Positions 8,257-16,809 of a DNA stretch of 45,517 nt are shown here, piece after piece. Numbering within the stretch: the stretch's first letter is position 1; every line of letters starts with the position of its first letter. Origin of the DNA: Acidimicrobiaceae bacterium (GTDB lineage Bacteria > Actinomycetota > Acidimicrobiia > Acidimicrobiales > MedAcidi-G1). The stretch covers positions 18,157 to 63,673 of the forward strand of contig PBUO01000057.1 of the NCBI GenBank assembly GCA_002727895.1. The letters run 5' to 3'. The notes beneath the pieces were generated by a model that worked only from the letters and a program-made list of their open reading frames with translations, had not been told where the DNA came from and did not search any database. The position numbers and the translations under genes were made by a program.

Positions 8257-9372
8257 TCAACTCGAGTCAAGAACCGTTCGAAGGGCCTCGACCACCCGGA
8301 CCTGGTCTGTTTCACCGAGGTGGGGATGCATCGGGAGGCTAACCACGCGCCCAGTAATCCGCTCGGTCACCGGCGCACCGTCTGGCACCACCGGCGCCGA
8401 CGAGTACGCAGAGGAGCGGTGCAGGGGCTGCGGATAGAAAACAGCCGTCGGCACCCCCGCTTCCGCTAGTGCCTGCCGGATCGCCTCTCGACCGTCTACC
8501 CGAATGGTGTACTGAGCCCAGACTGACCTGCAGCCATCGGCCACCACTGGGGTTGCCACGCCATCGCTGGCGATTAGCTCGGTATACCTCGCAGCCACCT
8601 CCTGACGGAGGTCCACCTCATGGTCGAATACCTCGAGCTTCACCAGGAGGACAGCAGCTTGGATGGTGTCAAGCCGTCCCGTGAGGCCTACCCGCGCGTG
8701 GTCATACCGGTTGACCCCCTCTCCATGCACCCTGACTGATCGCAAGACCTCGGCCAGTTCGTCATCGTCACAGAAGATCGCGCCCCCGTCTCCGTAGCAC
8801 CCAAGGGGCTTCGCCGGGTAGAAGGAAGTCGTCGCAGCCAGACCGTCGGCGAGGCTGCTACGGCCGTCCCGCTCCGCGCCGAACGACTGGGCGGCATCGA
8901 CCAGGACCCAGGCGCCGAGATCGGCGACCACCGCCTCCAGCGTCGGCGTGGGCGCTGGGTGGCCGAAGAGGTCAACGGCAATGACACCGACCGGATCCGG
9001 CCCCTCGAGCCGCCAGGCCTCGGCGACCGATAACGGATCCAAGGTGTACGTGATCGGGTCGACGTCGGCGAACACCGGATCGGCACCGACCAGCCGGACT
9101 GCCTCGGCGGTCGCCACGAAAGTGAAGTCGGGGACCACCACCCGGTCGCCGGGACCCACGCCCTTCGCCATCAGGAACATCTGCAGAGCGTCGGTGCCCG
9201 ACGCACAGGAGATGCAGTGTCGCCTCCCCACCATGTCGGCGAGCGTCGATTCGAGCTCGAAGACCTCCGGACCGAGGATGTAGGCCCCGTGGTCCAGGAC
9301 CCGAGCCACGGCCTCGTCCAACCGTCCCCGAAGCGCCTCCTGCTGGGCCGCCAGATCGATGAAGGGCATCAT
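8257..9372 (-). CDS. DegT-family aminotransferase (WbpE/WlbC-like, 3-oxo-uronate aminotransferase type)
   Basis: 371-aa ORF with MPFIDLAAQQ...ILGPEV...CASGTDAL and the lysine context TTSFYPAKPLGCYGDGGA, typical of WbpE-like enzymes. ATGA overlap with the upstream stop at 9369-9372. Confidence 0.85.
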   Translation of the reverse strand: MMPFIDLAAQQEALRGRLDEAVARVLDHGAYILGPEVFELESTLADMVGRRHCISCASGTDALQMFLMAKGVGPGDRVVVPDFTFVATAEAVRLVGADPVFADVDPITYTLDPLSVAEAWRLEGPDPVGVIAVDLFGHPAPTPTLEAVVADLGAWVLVDAAQSFGAERDGRSSLADGLAATTSFYPAKPLGCYGDGGAIFCDDDELAEVLRSVRVHGEGVNRYDHARVGLTGRLDTIQAAVLLVKLEVFDHEVDLRQEVAARYTELIASDGVATPVVADGCRSVWAQYTIRVDGREAIRQALAEAGVPTAVFYPQPLHRSSAYSSAPVVPDGAPVTERITGRVVSLPMHPHLGETDQVRVVEALRTVLDSS

Positions 9373-10337
9373 GCGGTCGATCCCATCCTCTGGTGCTCGG
9401 CCCGCCAGGCGATCAACTCCCGCAGGCCGTCCTCGAGTTCTGCGGACGCCGTGAACCCCAGGTCGCGACGGGCGGCCTCCGGGTCACCGATCCGGTTGCG
9501 GACGAAGGACGCTTCATCGGGAAGGAACTGGACCTCGACGTCCTGGCCGGTGAGCCTGATGAGGTGGTTCGCCACCTCGGAGATCGAGGTCTTAACCCCC
9601 GTGCAGACGTTGTAGTACCGGTCGACGACGCTGGCTTCCATGGCAGCGAGGTTCGCCCGGGCGCAGTCCCGAACCGACACGAAGTCGTAAGACTGCGTTC
9701 CGTCTCCGAAGACCACTGGGGGCTCGCCCCGGTCGAGCCGGTCCAGCATCTTCATGATGACGGCGACGTAGGCGCCCTTGTAGTCCTGTCGTGGGCCGTA
9801 GACGTTGAAATATCGGAGCCCCACGGTCTCCAGCCCATCGCGGTGGTGGAACGAGGTCAGAAGAGCCTCGCCAGCGATCTTGGTCGCCCCGTACACAGTC
9901 GTGTTTGCGAACGGGTGGTCCTCCGCCATGGGCTCTGTAACTGCATCCCCATAAACCGAAGCCGACGAAGAGAAGACCACCCGCTCCACCCCGTGTCGGA
10001 CACAGGCCTCGAACAGGTTGAAACTCCCGGTGACGTTGACCTCGAAACCCTCACTCGGATTCTCGTGGCAGTGCAGGAGCCACAGCGCCGCGAAGTGGAA
10101 GACGCCGTCGACCCCAGAAAGGACCGGGTCGAGGTCCGACGGATCGCGGAGGTCGCCCTGGACGATCCGGACCCGGTTGTCGGCCAGAGCGGCAGTCAGG
10201 TTGTCCGTGGAGCCTCGAATCAGATTGTCGAAGACCACCACCTCTGCGACACCTGCCGCCAACAAAAGGTCGACGGTGTGGGAACCGATCAGTCCGGCGC
10301 CTCCCACGACGACGAACCGGCCTCCCTCCAACCTCAT
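9369..10337 (-). CDS. NAD-dependent epimerase/dehydratase (extended SDR)
   Basis: 322-aa ORF with VVGGAGLIGSH (GxxGxxG), SSASVYG and a YGATK catalytic motif. ATGA overlap at 10334-10337. Confidence 0.8.
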   Translation of the reverse strand: MRLEGGRFVVVGGAGLIGSHTVDLLLAAGVAEVVVFDNLIRGSTDNLTAALADNRVRIVQGDLRDPSDLDPVLSGVDGVFHFAALWLLHCHENPSEGFEVNVTGSFNLFEACVRHGVERVVFSSSASVYGDAVTEPMAEDHPFANTTVYGATKIAGEALLTSFHHRDGLETVGLRYFNVYGPRQDYKGAYVAVIMKMLDRLDRGEPPVVFGDGTQSYDFVSVRDCARANLAAMEASVVDRYYNVCTGVKTSISEVANHLIRLTGQDVEVQFLPDEASFVRNRIGDPEAARRDLGFTASAELEDGLRELIAWRAEHQRMGSTA

Positions 10338-12202
10338 ACCTCTTCTCCTCTCACTTCCGCCGCTTCGCCACCGAGACCACGCTCGTCCCCTTGAGCCATG
10401 GCCCGGAAGGTGGGGCTCGTTCCCAACAACTCGTCGTAGGTCCCTATCGCCACGACCCGACCCTCGACCATCTCGAAGATCACATCACACGTCCGAAGCG
10501 TTGAGAGGCGGTGGGCGACCATGAGGATGGTCGGTCCTCCACCCCAACCAGTAATGGACTCCATCAGCCGCCGTTCGGTGGTGTTATCGAGAGCGCTCGT
10601 GGCCTCGTCCAGAATGAGGATGTCCGCGTCCTTGTAGAGGGCCCGGGCGATCCCGATGCGCTGCCGTTGGCCCCCGGAGAGCCGGGCCCCACGCTCGCCC
10701 ACCAGGGTGTCATAGCCCTCCTCCTCCGCATCGACGAAGGAGTCGACGAGAGCCCGTCGAGCCGCCGCGCGGACCCGTTCACCGTCGATCTGATCAGGGG
10801 AGACGCCGAAGGCGACGTTCTCGGCGACCGTCGCGTCTGCCAGGAAGATGTGTTGTGGCACGTGGGCAAGGTTCCGCTGCCAGCTTCGGACCGACGACCG
10901 CCCCAGCCTGACCCCATCGACCTCCACCGATCCGGAGGACGGTTCGAGCAGGCCCATCAAGAGGTCCAGCAACGTCGTCTTCCCGCAGCCGGTCGGGCCG
11001 ACGAACCCCACCGTCGATCCGGCATCGATCGCCAGGTCGATTCCATCGACCACCCATGGCCCGTCATCGGAGTACCGGAACCTGAGGTCGCGGCACCGGA
11101 TCCCCGACGTCATCTTCACCTGCTCCACCGCATCCGGTCCACCAGTGTCCGGCATCGGCTGGTCGAGCAACTCGAGCGCATCGGACAGGACCGCCCTGTT
11201 CCCGAGGACAGTCGTCACCCCGTAATAGCAATGCTGGTAAACGGGGAGGAGCCGTTGGCCGCCGATGGCCAGCGCTCCCAGGGTCGGCAGATCGTCCACC
11301 ACGCCACCTGTCCGACCGTTCAGGTAGATGGCCAGCAGAGCGATGAGGAGCATGGTCAAACCGTCCATCAGCACCCTCGGGGAGGTCTGCATCACGCTGT
11401 TCGATCCTTGTGCCATGCGGAGGGGTCTATTGGATCGACGGAACTGTTCGAGGAACACTTCCTGCGAGCCGTCGATCACCACGTCCCGAATCCCACCGAT
11501 GCCCTCGTGGATCGCCTTGATGACACGCGTCTGCTCAGCAGCGATCCGCTCGCCGTTCCGTTCGAGGCGGCGTCGGGCCATCCAGGTGATCACGACATAG
11601 CTCCCACCGAATCCGACGACGGCGACTGCCGCCACGATCGGGTCCATCGCTATGAGCGCTGCCAGGACGGTGATCGCGGTGAGAGCAGAACCGAGGGCCA
11701 TTTGGAGGGGGAAGAACATCCCAGAGATCACACCATCCACCTTCTGGACGACGCCGCTGACCACCGCACTGCTGTTCCGGCCAAGATGAACCGCGTACGG
11801 CTGGCGCAAGGTCCTCTCGTACGCGTCAGCGCTTAGGTCGACACCGGCGACTACGGAGAGTCGGACCGAGGCCCACATGACCATCAAGCGAAGTCCGGCA
11901 GCGACAAGCGCTCCGACGATGAAGACCGCGGCAAGAGGGGCGAGGAGGTCCTCTGGATCCGTGATTCCGAGCCAGTTGGCAAAGCTGGCAACGACGCCGA
12001 AGCGGAACACCTTTTCGGGTTCCACTAGGACGGAGATGAAGGGAATGACCGCGCCGAGGGTCATCACCTCGGCCAGGGCACTCACCATCATCAGAAGGGT
12101 GACGGCAATGAACTGTCGACGTCGCCTCGGGCGAAGGTGCCTCCACAGCCTCGTCAACAGTTCGGCGAGGCCAAGCCGCCTCTGCAGATCGGCTTCTGTC
12201 AC
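10334..12202 (-). CDS. ABC exporter, fused permease + ATPase (MsbA/PglK-type half transporter)
   Basis: 622-aa ORF with a hydrophobic N-terminal half. It has Walker A GPTGCGKTT, the signature LSGGQRQR, Walker B ILILDEATSALD and the H-loop VAHRLST. GTGA overlap at 12199-12202. Confidence 0.9.
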   Translation of the reverse strand: MTEADLQRRLGLAELLTRLWRHLRPRRRRQFIAVTLLMMVSALAEVMTLGAVIPFISVLVEPEKVFRFGVVASFANWLGITDPEDLLAPLAAVFIVGALVAAGLRLMVMWASVRLSVVAGVDLSADAYERTLRQPYAVHLGRNSSAVVSGVVQKVDGVISGMFFPLQMALGSALTAITVLAALIAMDPIVAAVAVVGFGGSYVVITWMARRRLERNGERIAAEQTRVIKAIHEGIGGIRDVVIDGSQEVFLEQFRRSNRPLRMAQGSNSVMQTSPRVLMDGLTMLLIALLAIYLNGRTGGVVDDLPTLGALAIGGQRLLPVYQHCYYGVTTVLGNRAVLSDALELLDQPMPDTGGPDAVEQVKMTSGIRCRDLRFRYSDDGPWVVDGIDLAIDAGSTVGFVGPTGCGKTTLLDLLMGLLEPSSGSVEVDGVRLGRSSVRSWQRNLAHVPQHIFLADATVAENVAFGVSPDQIDGERVRAAARRALVDSFVDAEEEGYDTLVGERGARLSGGQRQRIGIARALYKDADILILDEATSALDNTTERRLMESITGWGGGPTILMVAHRLSTLRTCDVIFEMVEGRVVAIGTYDELLGTSPTFRAMAQGDERGLGGEAAEVRGEEV

Positions 12203-13956
12203 CGGGAACCCGCCGCCTTGATCTCCATGGCAACGCGACCGACCGTGTCAGGAGACCGTCGGCAGAATCGTTTCGAAAAGGAAGCCACCGCGTCGACCAC
12301 GTCCTCCCCCGTCCACCAGGCCTCCACGTCGTTCCAGATCGAATTGACATGGGCGGCCGCAGAAATCGAATCCTCGTGGAAGACCCCCACCTCGGTAAGG
12401 CGATCAAACCAGGGCCGCGACTCCGGGAGGATGCCCCACCGGTCCGGATCCCAGAACATCACCGTCGGCACCCCAAGGTAGATCGATTCGAGGAACGTCG
12501 TCCCATTCGTGGTCGTGACATAGATCCGAGCCTCCGAAAGGAGTTCAAGGATGCTGCGTCGGCCATCGTCCACATCGACGTCGGGAAAGCGATCCGCCCA
12601 TCGTTCCAACACCGACCAGTGGACGTCGTGCTGAGAGCCCCTGACCCTGAGGGCCGAACGGACGTCGGGATCGAGAGACTCCACGAAGGAGTAGATGTCA
12701 TCGACATAGTCGAGGAACTCGCTGGACAGGGCGGACGACGAGAGGCTGCCGACCTGGGCGGTCTCGTTGCCAAGGACCAGCACGGCGCTCATGCCCCGAC
12801 CCTCTGGACGCTCCGGCAGCACCGGGTCCTTCAGCGTTCCCACGGGCCTGATCCTCGGGTCGTCCGGAGCGTCCCAGCCCCAACTGAGGAAGCGGTCGGC
12901 GACGGACAACTGGTGATGGTGGAAGAACGACCACCCAATTCCGGCATGTCCACCGTGCTGGCCGATCACCAACTTTGCTCCCGCCTCGACCCGCTCGGCG
13001 CACCAAGCCTTGAAGAGGTCGTCGTAGAGGTGCGAGGCACTGGTGAAGACAACGGACGTCGAGGTCGGCCACGACATCTCCTCGGCCTGCGCCACGAGGT
13101 CTCGGTAACCCTCGAGATACGCCGTCGGAAGGAACTCGGCGAGGAGGACGCCCAGGCATTCGGCGAAGGGATCACCGTCGGCGACCTTGAGTCGCCAGCC
13201 ACGCTCGGCCGGGTCGGGATCCACCCCGCGTACGGGACCCACCCGGTAGAGCCGCGGAACCTGGCGAAGTCGGAGGTGGAGGGCCAGTTCCTCCCGAACC
13301 GACCGCAGGCAGGGATTGACCACCATCACGTCCGACGACCGGGCCAGCGGGGAAAGGATGCGGAGCGCGAAATCGACCAACCGGGCTCGGAGGCCCTCGT
13401 GTGATGGCTCCTCGTCCACCATCAGGCCACCGAGATGACCGGCTGACGCGAGCCGGCGAGGAACGTCGGTCGTGGCCTCCAGGACCCGCGCAACCACATG
13501 ATGGTTCCACTGATGACTGTTCGACAACCAGAGATGGTCCACCATGTCGACCGGAACCCGGGCGTCCGGAAGGTCCTCGAGGACGATGGTGGAATCGACG
13601 GCTCCGGAAGACACCGCCATCTGGACCTGGGACCACCGGTCGAAAAGGGCCTGCGTGAAGAATCCCAGCCATGGCCCGACGAGGATCCTCCAGTACCGGA
13701 CTTCGTGGTCCACCCGGTGTCTGGCGTTCAAGAGGGCCGAGATGGCAACCAGAAGGTCCTCGTGGAGACTCCATAGCCGTTCTCGGTCCATCTCGACCTT
13801 GGCCCGGTCGGCCCAATGGTAGGGCAGCACCTCGGCATCAAGTCCCACCCAGCGATCCGATGCCCGATACTCGCGGCACCACTCGCCGAGAAAGAGAATC
13901 GGCTCTCCGTCGCCCCAGGACTCCTCGATCGACGTCGACACGAGGAGCCGCCCCAT
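12199..13956 (-). CDS. Uncharacterised 585-aa protein, candidate LIC12162-family putative transferase
   Basis: Long ORF with an ATG start and first in its operon. The N-terminus LLVSTSIEESWGDGEPILFLGEWC matches, from memory, the start of the Leptospira LIC12162 family found next to nonulosonate genes. The C-terminal IYVTTTNGTTFLESIYLGVPTVMFWDP looks like a GT-B/capsule-transferase nucleotide-sugar domain. The function is not verified. Confidence 0.6.
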   Translation of the reverse strand: MGRLLVSTSIEESWGDGEPILFLGEWCREYRASDRWVGLDAEVLPYHWADRAKVEMDRERLWSLHEDLLVAISALLNARHRVDHEVRYWRILVGPWLGFFTQALFDRWSQVQMAVSSGAVDSTIVLEDLPDARVPVDMVDHLWLSNSHQWNHHVVARVLEATTDVPRRLASAGHLGGLMVDEEPSHEGLRARLVDFALRILSPLARSSDVMVVNPCLRSVREELALHLRLRQVPRLYRVGPVRGVDPDPAERGWRLKVADGDPFAECLGVLLAEFLPTAYLEGYRDLVAQAEEMSWPTSTSVVFTSASHLYDDLFKAWCAERVEAGAKLVIGQHGGHAGIGWSFFHHHQLSVADRFLSWGWDAPDDPRIRPVGTLKDPVLPERPEGRGMSAVLVLGNETAQVGSLSSSALSSEFLDYVDDIYSFVESLDPDVRSALRVRGSQHDVHWSVLERWADRFPDVDVDDGRRSILELLSEARIYVTTTNGTTFLESIYLGVPTVMFWDPDRWGILPESRPWFDRLTEVGVFHEDSISAAAHVNSIWNDVEAWWTGEDVVDAVASFSKRFCRRSPDTVGRVAMEIKAAGSR

Positions 13957-14040
13957 CGACGGGAAGACTACAGTCTGCCCGCCCGCACGATCCCGCAGGC
14001 TGGCAGCTACCAGCCCAGACAGTCGGCGACGAGGAGGCCC
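13957..14040. promoter_or_regulatory. Divergent intergenic region between the two operon starts (likely bidirectional promoter)
   Basis: 84-bp gap between the minus-strand start at 13956 and the plus-strand GTG at 14041. A GAGGAGG Shine-Dalgarno-like element lies just before 14041. No promoter hexamers could be assigned confidently. Confidence 0.35.
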
Positions 14041-14937
14041 GTGACAGGATCACCACTGGACGGCCACCGATCGACGGTCGTCGGTGCCGGCTCGATCGGC
14101 TCCCGACACCGCCGGGTCCTGGAGGACCTCGGCTCCACCGTCTCGGTGGTGAGCCGACGACCTGAAGTGGGAACCCATGCCACGATCGCCGAGGCCGTGG
14201 ACGCCACCGAGCCCGACTACGTGGTCCTGGCCACCGAGACCGAGCGGCATCTGGAATCGATCGAACGGCTGGTGGACACCGGATTCCGCGGCCGGGCGCT
14301 TCTGGAGAAGCCTGCCTTCGACGACGTCCGCCCGTTCCCCGACCTGCCCTTCGCTTCGGTGGCCGTGGGCTACCAGCTCCGGTTCCACCCTGCGGTCCAG
14401 AGACTTCGAGACGAGATCGCCGGGTCGAGGGTGTTGAGCGCACAGGTTAGGTACGGCCAGCACCTCCCCGACTGGCGACCCGGTCGGGACTACCGGTCCA
14501 CGGTGACAGCCGGTCCCGGTGGCGGAGTCCTCCTCGAACTGAGCCATGAGATCGACCTCGTGCACTGGCTTCTGGGCGCGGGAACGGCCGTCTTTGGCCG
14601 GACCCGGCGATCGGGCCTCCTGGACATCGAACGGGAGGACCTGGCCGTCGGCGTCATCGAGTTGGACACCGGTGGCCTGGTGGGTCTCGAGTTGAACGCC
14701 CTCGACCGCCGTCGGAACCGCACCATGACCGTGACGACCGCCGACCACTTCTTCCACCTCGACCTGGTCGCCGGCCGACTGGAAAGGGATGACGAGGTGC
14801 TAGTTCCCGGACCGGTCGAGCGCGACGAGTTGTTCGCCGACTTGCACCTCGCGACGATTGCCGGAGCGCCCGGGCCATGCACACCTGACGAGGCCCTCGA
14901 AGTCCTCCGGACGATCCGGGGACTCCGCTCCACCTGA
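14041..14937 (+). CDS. Gfo/Idh/MocA-family oxidoreductase
   Basis: The track ORF 13816..14937 is trimmed to the in-frame GTG at 14041, because the upstream part overlaps the divergent gene. It has the Rossmann motif VVGAGSIGSRH and the EKP motif LLEKPAF. Confidence 0.75.
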   Translation: MTGSPLDGHRSTVVGAGSIGSRHRRVLEDLGSTVSVVSRRPEVGTHATIAEAVDATEPDYVVLATETERHLESIERLVDTGFRGRALLEKPAFDDVRPFPDLPFASVAVGYQLRFHPAVQRLRDEIAGSRVLSAQVRYGQHLPDWRPGRDYRSTVTAGPGGGVLLELSHEIDLVHWLLGAGTAVFGRTRRSGLLDIEREDLAVGVIELDTGGLVGLELNALDRRRNRTMTVTTADHFFHLDLVAGRLERDDEVLVPGPVERDELFADLHLATIAGAPGPCTPDEALEVLRTIRGLRST

Positions 14938-15025
14938 CCGGCCGCGCACCGCACCGCACCGGTAATCTGCGGGGATGGCCCGGTGGGCCACCTGACAGAG
15001 GACGAGGACAGGAGGTGGTCGTCCC

Positions 15026-15814
15026 ATGGCGACGGTTCCCGACTTCCGGTCCCTCGAGGACCGGGTGGTACTTATCACCGGCGGTGCCGGCCACATCGGT
15101 TCGACCCTCGCCGAGGCATTCCTGGCGGTGGGGAGCCGGGTGGCGACCGTTGACCTGACGGACCCGGTCGGCCCCCCGACCGACGCCGGACCCGACCGGT
15201 ACCAGCACCTACCCGTCGACCTATCCCGGGACGGCGATGCCGTAATGGCGTGCGACGGCGTCCTCAACGCGTTCGGTCGCCTGGACACGATCGTGGCCAC
15301 GGCATCTTGGATGGGCACGGCCACCACCCCCGGCTGGAACGTCCCGTTCGACGAGCAGGACGAGCGGCTCTGGGCCGAGGTTCTCCAGGTGGGCGTCACA
15401 GCGAACTTCACCCTGATGAAACGGGCCTTCCCGCACCTCGCAGCCAACGGTGGCGGCTCGGTGGTCCTGCTCAGTTCCATCTACGGCTTCTGCGGACCAC
15501 AGCCCGCCATGTACGAGGACACGGGTATCAACAACATCGCCGGCTATGCGGCCAGCAAGGGTGCCCTCGTCCAACTGGCCCGGTGGTTGGCCACGACCAT
15601 GGCACCGGACGTCCGGGTCAACGCCGTCTCGCCCGGCGGCCTCTTCCGAGACCAGCGACCTCCATTCGAGGAGCGGTACAGCGAACGGACGCCACTTGGA
15701 CGAATGGCCACTGAGGAGGATCTGGTTGGCCCTGTGCTCTTCCTGGCATCGGATCTCTCCCGCTACATCACTGGGCACGACCTCGTCGTAGACGGTGGCT
15801 TCTCCACGTGGTGA
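15026..15814 (+). CDS. Classical short-chain dehydrogenase/reductase (PtmA-like position)
   Basis: 262-aa ORF with ITGGAGHIGS (TGxxxGxG) and a YAASK catalytic motif. The ATG is preceded by AGGAGG. It lies upstream of the CMP-nonulosonate synthetase, as in ptmA-ptmB arrangements. Confidence 0.8.
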   Translation: MATVPDFRSLEDRVVLITGGAGHIGSTLAEAFLAVGSRVATVDLTDPVGPPTDAGPDRYQHLPVDLSRDGDAVMACDGVLNAFGRLDTIVATASWMGTATTPGWNVPFDEQDERLWAEVLQVGVTANFTLMKRAFPHLAANGGGSVVLLSSIYGFCGPQPAMYEDTGINNIAGYAASKGALVQLARWLATTMAPDVRVNAVSPGGLFRDQRPPFEERYSERTPLGRMATEEDLVGPVLFLASDLSRYITGHDLVVDGGFSTW

Positions 15815-16809
15815 CCGGCGCCAGGAGAACCGTCGCTGTGGTCGGTGGCGGCCAACTCGGCTCCCGATACCTCCAGGGCCTTGCGGCGTGTCGGAATCCA
15901 TTGGACGTCGCTGTAGTCGATCCCGACCCCAGTTCGCTGGATGTCTGTCGGAGCCGCTGGACACAGGCCGGTGGAGCGGAATCGGACCACCGACTGTCCC
16001 TCACCGGATCGGCCGTCAACCTTGCGTCTCAGTTGGACCTGGCCATCATCTCCACCACCGCCGGAATCCGGACGACGGTTGTCGAGGAACTCTCGGGTCA
16101 TGCCCGAGTCGGCTCCTGGTTGCTCGAGAAGGTACTGGCCCAGGGCCTCACCGAACTCGACCGCATCGCGGTAGCAGTGGGCGAGGACGCGGCCTGGGTC
16201 AACACTTGGGCGCGGACGACCCAATGGTTTCGACAGATTGGTGCACACCTCGGCTCCGGGCCCCATGCCATCGAGGTCACCGGCGGCTCCTGGGGCCTCG
16301 CTTGCAACGCCATCCACTTCCTTGACCTAGTCGGATGGTGGACCGGTGAAGGACTTGACATCGTAGATGCATCGAAACTGGACCGGCCATGGCTCGCCGC
16401 GAGGAGGACGGACCACGTCGAGCTCTCCGGCCAGCTGATGGCACGCTTCGACGGTGGTTCGACCGTCGGCCTCTCTTCGTCACCGCCTTCCAGCGCCGGA
16501 GACCCAGCTGGAATGGACGCGCCAGAATTGATGACTATTCGGTCGCCAGTCGGCACCTGGCGAATCGAGGACCCAATGTCGGAAACTTTGGGACTCGCTA
16601 CTGACGATGCTGGGCTGCGGATCGAGGGTCGTATCGAGTACCAGAGCGAGCGGACGCCGGGACTGGTGGACGCCATCCTCGATACGGGAAAATGTGACCT
16701 CCCCGATCTCGCGTCATCCATCGACCTACACCGTCGATTCCTCACCGGACTACTCGAGGCCCGACCGTTTCTCGAAGGTGTTCCCGAGGATCGGGTCCCG
16801 ATCACGTGA
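15808..16809 (+). CDS. Divergent Gfo/Idh/MocA-like Rossmann protein
   Basis: 333-aa ORF with VAVVGGGQLGSRYL (GxGxxG) and a degenerate EKP motif (LLEKVL). The start is the GTG at 15808 or 15811, with GTGA overlapping the SDR stop at 15811-15814. Confidence 0.6.
   Translation: MVTGARRTVAVVGGGQLGSRYLQGLAACRNPLDVAVVDPDPSSLDVCRSRWTQAGGAESDHRLSLTGSAVNLASQLDLAIISTTAGIRTTVVEELSGHARVGSWLLEKVLAQGLTELDRIAVAVGEDAAWVNTWARTTQWFRQIGAHLGSGPHAIEVTGGSWGLACNAIHFLDLVGWWTGEGLDIVDASKLDRPWLAARRTDHVELSGQLMARFDGGSTVGLSSSPPSSAGDPAGMDAPELMTIRSPVGTWRIEDPMSETLGLATDDAGLRIEGRIEYQSERTPGLVDAILDTGKCDLPDLASSIDLHRRFLTGLLEARPFLEGVPEDRVPIT

Noticed and set aside
9393-10394. 333-aa plus-strand ORF lying entirely antisense to the SDR gene 9369..10337
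   Set aside because: It is Arg/Pro/Gly/His-rich with no recognisable motif. The opposite strand carries a motif-complete extended SDR (GxxGxxG, YGATK). This is a typical shadow ORF of GC-rich DNA.
10511-11836. 441-aa plus-strand ORF antisense to the ABC exporter
   Set aside because: The opposite strand has unambiguous Walker A, signature, Walker B and H-loop motifs plus transmembrane segments. The antisense translation is low-complexity (R/P/D/H-rich) with no family resemblance.
12349-13404. 351-aa plus-strand ORF antisense to the 585-aa LIC12162-like gene
   Set aside because: It is a shadow ORF. The minus-strand ORF is longer, is translationally coupled to the next gene, and has transferase-like conserved blocks.
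13816-14040. N-terminal 75 codons of the track ORF 13816..14937
   Set aside because: This part overlaps the divergent gene's 5' end and contains no Rossmann sequence. An in-frame GTG at 14041 preceded by GAGGAGG gives a normal Gfo/Idh/MocA N-terminus (VVGAGSIG about 12 aa in). I trimmed similar over-extended N-termini at 4472..4522, 5653..5790, 8241..8315, 22741..22809, 23277..23336, 26984..27076, 29815..30093, 30924..31067, 31936..31998 and 33306..33452.
14946-14990. GCACC x3 tandem repeat (14946-14960) and the hairpin tggccc-ggt-gggcca (14976-14990) in the 88-nt gap before the SDR gene
   Set aside because: The repeat is a very short microsatellite-like unit, and the 6-bp stem has no U-tract. 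Both are within chance expectation for GC-rich intergenic DNA.
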